Assembly: GCA_963782525.1 (NCBI GenBank)
Contig: CAWAKC010000006.1
Span: 64,001 to 128,000 of the forward strand
Direction of reading: 5' to 3'
Length of the DNA stretch: 64,000 nt
DNA from: Candidatus Bathyarchaeota archaeon
GTDB lineage: Archaea > Thermoproteota > Bathyarchaeia > Bathyarchaeales > Bathycorpusculaceae
Below, one piece after another: positions 56,474 to 64,000 of the stretch. The number at the start of each line of letters is the position of its first letter. The stretch's first letter is position 1. Under the pieces are notes generated by a model that saw only the letters and a program-made list of their open reading frames with translations, searched no databases and was not told the DNA's origin. A program made the position numbers and the translations under genes.

Positions 56474-59400
56474 ATGAATAATAAAGGTCAATTTTCAATC
56501 ATAGCTGCTTTGCTTGTTGCGGTTGTTTTGATTGGTTCAGTTATGGGAACTTACTCTTCTTTACGATACAGCACCAGCACTACACAAGATCAGCCCCAAA
56601 TTTTGAGTTCCGTGGATGAAACCAACCAAGCGATTAAACAGCTTTTAGGTTTTACAGTTGGATATTATGGTTCGGTCTTAAAAGTTACTGGTAATGCGTC
56701 CTATGCTCAGACATTAGCCCACAAATATCTTGACGATGGCATAGGGAATTTGAGTTCGATTAAACCCGAGTGGGCTTTATCTTTGAATAATACTCAAGTG
56801 GAGCTTAAAGCCAACTGGTTTACTAATGACAGTTACAGCCAAGGCAGTATGAACGTCACTTACGACTTAAACGGGTTAGGAATCAACGGCGTAAGTTACT
56901 CTGCCTCAAGTCGACTAGAAGTCCAAGTATCAAATATTAACTCTACAACTCAGGCGCAATTTAAGATTTTAACCGACAACGGTGAACCTTTAATCGACCT
57001 TGGAGCTAACAACATAAAATTTTTCCGTTACGTTCTTGGAAATTTAACCTGGGAATACTCAACTCCAACTAGTGTGGTCTCCCATGCCGACGGAACCTAC
57101 ATAGTTGACCTTCCCTCGGGAGTCCTCAGCAACGCATATGTGGTTCAAGTGGAAGATACCCGCGGACTCTCAGTTTTAGCTGCCTCTTACAGCGAGTTTA
57201 CTTCTAGTATAGCTTGGAATCAAACTGGGTTTACAACCAACCTGAATTACGTAAACAGCACCATCCAAAACGTTACAGGAACACACGGCAACTTTACAGC
57301 ACAACAATACGGTCCAGACGGAATCTATGACACGTTGACTGAAGCTGCATCAGGAACCACATACGTACCAAGCAGCCCAACAAATTGGAGTGCACAAGGG
57401 TCTACAACTTGGGTGTCTGGAAGCATATCAAATTTGACCTTGAACGATAATGTTTACATGAAATTAAGCTGTAATGGCAGTTCGCCTGCGGGTCAGACTT
57501 TTTACGCTCATCAAGAAGCTTCCCCTTTAAGTTCAAGCTATTATCTCAAATCAGCAAGCGCCGACCAAAGTGGAACAACAATTTCGGCAAGCGCTAAGAA
57601 CCCGGGAAAACAACCTATAGGCAAATTTGTGTTCCAGTTAACTGGTATTTCCTCAATTCCTGCAAGTTCAGGAACAATCTACTACCGTGCATACCGTGAC
57701 TCTAATGTGGCGGGATATTGCGATGCAGATATTGTTATTCGACAATCAAATGGAAATTTGAGGGCAACTCTCGCATCATCCACTGCAAGCACTGGTGCAG
57801 GTAGCCTTACAACTTCTTGGTCTACACTTAATGGGTCTTATTCAACGGCAACTTACAATGTTGTTGACCAAACTGACTATTTAGAAATCGATTATTTCGT
57901 GGAAGTTGCATCAAGTCACAATAGCGCATACATGTACCTCCAGGTTGACAATAGCAATTTGAATCAAACCCTTCAAACAAGAATCACTAACATCAACCTT
58001 CCCACAGTATTTAATGTGAAAGCGGAGTACACTGGATCTTCAATCGACAGCTCATCCTGGACCAATCTGGTGTGGACAATTGACAGTTCGGCTTCTGTAA
58101 GTGGAGTAAATGCGACTTTTCAATTATACAATTGGAGTGCAAGTGCTTATCCAACTAATGGAAACGGATTCATGAATTCTTCGCTGTTAACCAGCGATAA
58201 AACATTTAACCAGACAATAATAACAAATTCATCCAATTTTCTAAACAGCACTGGATACTGGAAAATCATGGTAACCACTGTGATGAATTCTAGTTTTGAT
58301 CTCAACTTAGACCAGGTTCAGTTTAGTCCTCAAGCCGCTAATTATGCTCTTAATCTTCAGGAGCTGTTTACAAACGTTAACGCCACGAATCCTCGTCAAG
58401 ATTTATGCATCAAAACAGGCAACATGACTGCGGAGCCCTTGTTGGTGCAGGTGCTGCATAGCGGTTCATGGCAGTATTTGACGACTCTTGTTCCCAACTG
58501 CCTCAACAAAGTATCCCTCGCAGGATACATAGATTCAACTAATCTTACCATATGCTTTATGGACAGCAACAGTGCCTCAGACCCAACTCAGGACAGTTGG
58601 AAAATCGATTCAGTATACTTGCAAGATGAACCCGACATCAACTTCCTAGTTAACCTACAGCAATCCACATTTACGCTTGAGCTTCTGCAGAACGGAACTA
58701 TGAATTGGCTAGGACAAAACATGCAAATAACCACCCAAACCCTACCTATCCCACCAGTTCCAGTGAAAGCCATCCACGTAAACCAAACAATAAACGGCGT
58801 CAACCAAGAAGTACCCTTCCAAATCGAAGACTGGGCATCCAACTACAAAATCCCCTTGGGCTTAACAAGCAGCACAACGCTATTCAGTAACCGCCAAATA
58901 ATTGTTTTCCTCTTAGACAGCAAAGTCTCTGACTTCACGGTTTGGTGGAACGGCAGCGACGTAGCAACTCAAACGCCATTAGAATTCACAAATCGATATT
59001 TTACCGATAATCCAGCTAGTCAAACTTTAAACAATGGTAAACTGAAATTACAGTTTGCAACCACCGGATTCGTTTTAACATCAACAGTCGGAACTGTGAC
59101 TAGCACCGCAAATTTGATGCGGATTAATACAAAAGAAGATAATACAGACCCCGAATTATCTTATGTTATATCGAATGGTACAGTTAGGGATATCGTGCTA
59201 GGAGAAGCCGAGTTCTCAAACGGCGTTACAAACTGCTCAAACACTTACACAAACATCGTAATCACTCTCCCCGCTAACGCTACATATTATACTTACCAAT
59301 TGCGCGCCATGTTTCTTGACTCTTCACCTCGTCCCCGAAACATCTCAGACCTGTGTCCAATACGTTTGACCACAAACGCTGCTCCCGTACAAATCCAAAC

Positions 59401-59818
59401 GGAGAACAGCACCATAGCAGGTTCTCCAATCGTGCAAAATGGAACCGGAACATTCTTCAACTCCACAGGCAGCCGCTGGGCGGCACATCACTTTAGCCAA
59501 TTTATTTCAGACGATGGAAAAGGCGCTGGAATAATTTTCACCGACTTAGCTAACCAGAACCTTTACTCGTTTGATTCATTCTCCGCTAGCACTTCTAAAG
59601 GCGCGTTGAAAACTAGCAGCGGATTGCTGGAGTTGTTGCCTGTAAGTTCTTCTATGGTTAAGTTCACATATGCATACGACATCACTTGGACGGGTGCCGT
59701 TGTAACCTTTGATGGAACGTCCACGCCAATATGCAACTTATATGATGGCACCACTCCGATGGGTCTTTGGATATTGGCCGAGTACCCACCGACTTTAACT
59801 GTAACTCCCAAATGCTAA
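56474..59818 (+). CDS. Large (1114 aa) pilin-like adhesin with class III signal peptide
   Basis: MNNKG|QFSIIAALLVAVVL; beta-rich, many NxS/T sequons. Confidence 0.8.
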   Translation: MNNKGQFSIIAALLVAVVLIGSVMGTYSSLRYSTSTTQDQPQILSSVDETNQAIKQLLGFTVGYYGSVLKVTGNASYAQTLAHKYLDDGIGNLSSIKPEWALSLNNTQVELKANWFTNDSYSQGSMNVTYDLNGLGINGVSYSASSRLEVQVSNINSTTQAQFKILTDNGEPLIDLGANNIKFFRYVLGNLTWEYSTPTSVVSHADGTYIVDLPSGVLSNAYVVQVEDTRGLSVLAASYSEFTSSIAWNQTGFTTNLNYVNSTIQNVTGTHGNFTAQQYGPDGIYDTLTEAASGTTYVPSSPTNWSAQGSTTWVSGSISNLTLNDNVYMKLSCNGSSPAGQTFYAHQEASPLSSSYYLKSASADQSGTTISASAKNPGKQPIGKFVFQLTGISSIPASSGTIYYRAYRDSNVAGYCDADIVIRQSNGNLRATLASSTASTGAGSLTTSWSTLNGSYSTATYNVVDQTDYLEIDYFVEVASSHNSAYMYLQVDNSNLNQTLQTRITNINLPTVFNVKAEYTGSSIDSSSWTNLVWTIDSSASVSGVNATFQLYNWSASAYPTNGNGFMNSSLLTSDKTFNQTIITNSSNFLNSTGYWKIMVTTVMNSSFDLNLDQVQFSPQAANYALNLQELFTNVNATNPRQDLCIKTGNMTAEPLLVQVLHSGSWQYLTTLVPNCLNKVSLAGYIDSTNLTICFMDSNSASDPTQDSWKIDSVYLQDEPDINFLVNLQQSTFTLELLQNGTMNWLGQNMQITTQTLPIPPVPVKAIHVNQTINGVNQEVPFQIEDWASNYKIPLGLTSSTTLFSNRQIIVFLLDSKVSDFTVWWNGSDVATQTPLEFTNRYFTDNPASQTLNNGKLKLQFATTGFVLTSTVGTVTSTANLMRINTKEDNTDPELSYVISNGTVRDIVLGEAEFSNGVTNCSNTYTNIVITLPANATYYTYQLRAMFLDSSPRPRNISDLCPIRLTTNAAPVQIQTENSTIAGSPIVQNGTGTFFNSTGSRWAAHHFSQFISDDGKGAGIIFTDLANQNLYSFDSFSASTSKGALKTSSGLLELLPVSSSMVKFTYAYDITWTGAVVTFDGTSTPICNLYDGTTPMGLWILAEYPPTLTVTPKC

Positions 59819-59939
59819 AACCGGCGAAAACCATTGTTATTGTACGATGAATTATTTACCGACAAAATCTTATTAGCCTAAACCTCATCACTACCTCAAT
59901 GCCAAAGGTGTACCATCAATCCAAACATTACCGAATGTT

Positions 59940-60740
59940 TTGATCGCGGCAAACGTAGCAGTTACCTTAGTCTTTCTACTTTATGCTTCATGGCGAGACC
60001 ACAAAACAAGGGAAGTCAGCAACCGCGTCTGGGCTGTTTATGGCCCCATAGCACTCGCCCTGTCCATCTCTGAACTGCTTCTCTTTGAACCATCTCAGTT
60101 ACCCTTCTACGGTTTAAGTGTCGGCGTAACCGTTGGCTTTGCATTCCTTTTATTCTATGCTGGGGGTTTCGGTGGCGCAGACTCAAAAGCCCTCATGTGC
60201 ATTGCCCTCTCATTGCCCTTCGCCCCCATAGCACTATCTTTACCCATCTTAACAGAGGGTCTGTCACCAATTGCACAGTACATTTATCCTATAACAATAC
60301 TGGGCAACTCTGTTTTCTTCGCTGCAGCAACCGTCTTATACATGGTTCTTCGGAATTTCTTTTGGCATAAAAAAAATGGTGCTACAATGTTCCCGGGGAC
60401 TCTCGAATCTGAATCCGCTGGCAAAAAGTTTCTCGCTGTCATAACTGGCTACCACATCCCAGTTGATACGATTAAGAAAAGGCATATGCTCCCTATGGAA
60501 GACCTCGAGGAGCAAACAGAAAACTTTGGCAAGCGTAAACTTGTGGTTTTTCCGCAGGATGAGGAGGCTCAAGAAAAAACTATTGAACGTCTATCTAACG
60601 CGGTGAAATCTGGAAAAATCGATGCTTACGTTTGGGCGACACCAGGTTTACCAATGTTGATATTTGTTACTTTAGGCTTGATTGTCGCATTAACTTTCGG
60701 CGATATTGTATGGTTGCTAATTAAGTTTGTTTTAGGTTAA
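59940..60740 (+). CDS. Prepilin peptidase (A24; PibD/FlaK/EppA family)
   Basis: ASWRD..TREV, GGADSKAL, VWATPGLPML; true start possibly ATC 59919. Confidence 0.92.
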   Translation: MIAANVAVTLVFLLYASWRDHKTREVSNRVWAVYGPIALALSISELLLFEPSQLPFYGLSVGVTVGFAFLLFYAGGFGGADSKALMCIALSLPFAPIALSLPILTEGLSPIAQYIYPITILGNSVFFAAATVLYMVLRNFFWHKKNGATMFPGTLESESAGKKFLAVITGYHIPVDTIKKRHMLPMEDLEEQTENFGKRKLVVFPQDEEAQEKTIERLSNAVKSGKIDAYVWATPGLPMLIFVTLGLIVALTFGDIVWLLIKFVLG

Positions 60741-60758
60741 AGTCCAGAAAGTCAAAAG

Positions 60759-60986
60759 TTAACCCAAGAGGTTTTTGCTTCGCTTAGAATAAGAAATTGA
60801 AGCTGTAACCATCGAAATGGAGCCGAATCCGACGAATGCCAAAGCGATGCCCCTGTATGGGAAAGCTAAACTATAGCTTAAAGTGGCGTTGTTGCTTGCC
60901 CCGTTTTGATATGAGTAGAAGAACATAGCTACCGAAAATAATGTAATTGCTATTAGTAGTAAACTAACCTCTGTTTTAAACCTCAA
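60759..60986 (-). CDS. Small two-TM 'FPYR' membrane protein
   Basis: TM-YSY-loop-FPYR-TM; SD GGGGAG. Confidence 0.7.
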   Translation of the reverse strand: MRFKTEVSLLLIAITLFSVAMFFYSYQNGASNNATLSYSLAFPYRGIALAFVGFGSISMVTASISYSKRSKNLLG

Positions 60987-61078
60987 TTGCCTTACTCCCC
61001 TTTAAGTAGTATGAATTCATATCCATAATCAAAAGGTTATTTTAGCTTTTTGGAAATAACTCTTTAAGGAGCCTCCTC

Positions 61079-62161
61079 ATGACCGAAACAGCATGTGAAA
61101 AAGAGCTTCAGAGCTTTCTACAGAAGCCACTAAAAGATTGCAAAGTTGTGGTGATGCCAGATTTTTTCCTTGACCGAATCATCAACTTGGAATGTGATTC
61201 GGCAGAATTTTCAAGTTTGATTACCGATGTGGCTAAGCGTAAAGGCGGCAACCTCGACGGAATCTCTCAAACCGATTTGCGCGGTGGAAACGCCATCAAC
61301 GTCGCCTCAGCCTTAGCCAGTTTAGGCGTCACGGTTACGCCGATTGTTTGCACGAGCGAGTTTGGGATGCAACAAATAAAATACAACTTCCAAAACACCC
61401 CAATTGACATTTCACACATTAAGCCTCAGGGCAAAGCGTCAATCACAACAGCCTTGGAATTTCAAAACCAAAACAGCAAAATCAATGTTATGCTCCGCGA
61501 TTTAGGTGCATTGGCTAATTTCGGACCTGCGAACCTTGATGAAAGTGATTTTGGGTTGATTGAGAATGCGGATTATACCTGCCTCTTTAATTGGGCTGGA
61601 ACCTTAAAGTTCGGAACGGAGTTGGCTCAAACTGTTTTTGAGTGGACCAAACGGCTTGGCAAGGGGAAAACTTACTACGACACAGCGGACCCAACTCCAA
61701 ACGCGAAGGAAATTCCTGATTTGATGGATAAAGTTTTGAAATCCTCTAAAGTTGATATTTTGAGTTTAAACGAAAACGAGGCAGTTACATACGCAAGCCA
61801 GCTCGATGAGACCTTAAAAGCGAAAAAAGGAAGTGTAAAGTTTGCGGAGTTGGCGCTGGAAGCCGCAAGAGTTTTGGCAAACCATTTCTCTGCAAGAATT
61901 GATTTGCACACGTCAGATTTCTCTGCGACGCTAAAAGGCAAAGAAGAGGTAGCGGTTCCCACTTTCAAGGTAAACGTTCTGCGTGCAACTGGCGCTGGCG
62001 ACACTTGGTGTGCAGGAAACATCTTAGGCGATCATAATGATCTCAGTGACGAGTGCCGTTTGATGTTGGCAAACGCCATGGCCGCCTGTTACATATCCGA
62101 CCCAACGGGACAACATCTCACCAAACAAAAACTTGAATCTTTTCTTAACAAAGCCACTTAG
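61079..62161 (+). CDS. PfkB-family carbohydrate kinase
   Basis: GGNAIN, LSLNENEA, ATGAGDTW. Confidence 0.9.
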   Translation: MTETACEKELQSFLQKPLKDCKVVVMPDFFLDRIINLECDSAEFSSLITDVAKRKGGNLDGISQTDLRGGNAINVASALASLGVTVTPIVCTSEFGMQQIKYNFQNTPIDISHIKPQGKASITTALEFQNQNSKINVMLRDLGALANFGPANLDESDFGLIENADYTCLFNWAGTLKFGTELAQTVFEWTKRLGKGKTYYDTADPTPNAKEIPDLMDKVLKSSKVDILSLNENEAVTYASQLDETLKAKKGSVKFAELALEAARVLANHFSARIDLHTSDFSATLKGKEEVAVPTFKVNVLRATGAGDTWCAGNILGDHNDLSDECRLMLANAMAACYISDPTGQHLTKQKLESFLNKAT

Positions 62162-62224
62162 CGCTGTGCCAAATTCTTTTTTAAGCTAACCTACACACTA
62201 CCATGCATTAACAGGTGCAGATTA

Positions 62225-63586
62225 ATGGGTAAACTGTTCGGAAGCTCAGGCGTGCGAGGCTTAGCAAACGTTGATTTAACTCCAATTTTAGCTTGTAAGG
62301 TTGCTTCAGCGGTTGCAACTCATGAAAACGCAAAAAGAGCTGTAGTTGCAAGTGACACACGGGTTTCAGGTAATATGCTTGTGGAAGCTTTAATTTCAGG
62401 TTTGGTTTCAACTGGCACTGATGTTTTGCTCTTAGGTATGGTGCCGACGCCTGTTTTAGCTTATGTTGCAAAAGCGTTGGGTGCAGAAGTCGGTTTTATG
62501 TTGACGGCTTCCCATAATCCGCCTCAGTATAACGGCATAAAAGTGTTCAAATCCGATCTATCCTACACGGATGCAGCTCAGGATGCCGTGGAAAAAATCA
62601 TCTCCGAAGGAACCTTCGTCTTAGCAGATTGGCGGGACCTCGGCAAAGCCTCATCCGCAAACGCAGAGCAAATTTACCAAAATATGGTTCGACAAGCAGT
62701 ATGTCTCCAAAAGCCCTGGAAAGTGGTGGTTGACCCTGGATGCGGCGCCGCCTGCAACATTGCTCCTCAGATGCTTCAAGCTTTAGGCTGCAAAGTAACC
62801 GCCCTAAACTCCCAGCCTGACGGGTTTTTCCCAGCAAGAAAATCTGAACCCACCGCAGAATCCCTGCAAGACCTCGCAAAAACCGTGAAAGCCCTTGGCG
62901 CCGACATCGGTATAGCATTCGACGGTGATGCGGACCGTGTCGCATTCGTTGATGAAAACGGGATTTTCGTTAATTTTGACCGTTCGCTGGCGGCTTATGG
63001 AGCTTTTGCCTTAAAACGTGTTAGTGGCGGAACCATAGTAACCACTATTGAGGCATCGATGTGTGTGGAAACGATGGCGGAGAAATACGGCGGCAAAGTC
63101 ATACGAACAAGGGTGGGGGACATTTACGTTTCTGAAGCAATAAATCGTGAGGGCGCTGTTTTCGGCGGCGAACCCTGTGGCGCTTGGATTCATCCACAGT
63201 TGCATCTGTGTCCCGATGGTCCTCTTTCTGCAGCTTTGTTCTTGGCAGGTTTGGAAGAGGAGGGCAAAACCGTTTCTGAGTTTATTGATGAAGTTCCTGA
63301 ATACATAACGAAAAGGGTCAGCATTGCCTGCAAGAACGAACAAAAATACAATTTGATAGAGCAGTTAGGGGACGTTTTGAAAGCAGAGTTTCCAATGTAC
63401 ATAGATTTTAGTACGGTTGACGGCGCTAGGTTAGCGCTCAAAAATGGTTGGCTTCTTGTCCGCGCGTCAGGTACCGAACCCCTCATTCGCTTAACCGTCG
63501 AAGGCGAATCAGAGCAATCGGCAAAAGATATAACCTCAAAGGCAACAGCACTTATACACAAACAAATCGAGGCAAACCCCCAATGA
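62225..63586 (+). CDS. glmM: Phosphoglucosamine mutase / phosphohexomutase
   Basis: FGSSGVRG, TASHNP, DGDADR, GEPCG, RASGTEP. Confidence 0.9.
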   Translation: MGKLFGSSGVRGLANVDLTPILACKVASAVATHENAKRAVVASDTRVSGNMLVEALISGLVSTGTDVLLLGMVPTPVLAYVAKALGAEVGFMLTASHNPPQYNGIKVFKSDLSYTDAAQDAVEKIISEGTFVLADWRDLGKASSANAEQIYQNMVRQAVCLQKPWKVVVDPGCGAACNIAPQMLQALGCKVTALNSQPDGFFPARKSEPTAESLQDLAKTVKALGADIGIAFDGDADRVAFVDENGIFVNFDRSLAAYGAFALKRVSGGTIVTTIEASMCVETMAEKYGGKVIRTRVGDIYVSEAINREGAVFGGEPCGAWIHPQLHLCPDGPLSAALFLAGLEEEGKTVSEFIDEVPEYITKRVSIACKNEQKYNLIEQLGDVLKAEFPMYIDFSTVDGARLALKNGWLLVRASGTEPLIRLTVEGESEQSAKDITSKATALIHKQIEANPQ

Positions 63587-64000
63587 AAGCTGTCCTCTTA
63601 GCGGCTGGCGCCGGCGAAAGACTCATGCCCCTAACGGCAACACGTCCAAAACATCTCATTAAGGTTGGCGGGAAACCGATTCTTCAGTTTTGCTTGGAAG
63701 CCGTTAAGAGTGCAGGAATAACTGAAGCAATAATCGTAACCCATTACATGGGCGAAGCCATCAAAAGCTACTTTGGCGACGGAGAAAAACTCGGTTTAAA
63801 GCTAAGTTATGTGGAGCAAAAAGCGATTTTGGGCACAGGCAACGCCGCTGAAGTTGCCGAGCCATATGTGGACGGCGACTTCGTTTTAATCTATGGGGAT
63901 TTGCTTTTTGGCCAAGATGCTGTGAAACAGGTTTTGTCTCAATTCAAAAAAGGAAAAACCGCCGCAGTCATGGCGGTAGTCCCCGTAGACCGACCAGAAA
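63583..64000 (+). CDS. Sugar-phosphate nucleotidyltransferase (GlmU-like), partial
   Basis: MKAVLLAAGAGERLMPLTATRPKHL, LGTGNA, YGD. Confidence 0.9.
   Translation, partial: MKAVLLAAGAGERLMPLTATRPKHLIKVGGKPILQFCLEAVKSAGITEAIIVTHYMGEAIKSYFGDGEKLGLKLSYVEQKAILGTGNAAEVAEPYVDGDFVLIYGDLLFGQDAVKQVLSQFKKGKTAAVMAVVPVDRPE

Overview
Archaeal chromosome segment, most likely Bathyarchaeia. This is inferred from the class I CCA enzyme, a non-catalytic splicing-endonuclease subunit, the Nip7/NOL1 pair, wHTH-2TM regulators, frequent TTG/GTG starts and BRE/TATA promoters. The housekeeping backbone includes htrA-like, purA, nadA, nikR plus a NiCoT permease, glnA, hisS, mtnA, cca, thpR, class II HMG-CoA reductase, acdB, pfkB, glmM and a glmU-like gene. 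It is interrupted by three larger blocks. (1) An AT-rich integrative element at about 2.1-15.3 kb carries a tyrosine recombinase, a PD-(D/E)xK-like nuclease, an operon of microproteins, surface-protein cargo, a nested 1020-bp IS and a run of genes each broken by one internal lesion. (2) A decaying accessory island at about 36.2-43.3 kb. (3) A type IV pilus-like locus at 49.0-60.7 kb. The most unusual signals are: a ~570-bp non-coding array directly downstream of the nuclease, built from degenerate tandem repeats that each carry a 13-15-bp palindrome whose arms change compensatorily and that usually follow a CCG 'foot'; a predicted pseudoknot in the 5' UTR of that nuclease; two related structured-RNA candidates sharing a perfect 20-bp inverted repeat, one lying upstream of a PolB2-partner-like/PolX operon; and three pilin-like genes with no cleavable leader. 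No tRNA, rRNA or CRISPR array was seen. All homology calls come from motif recognition by eye, not database searches.
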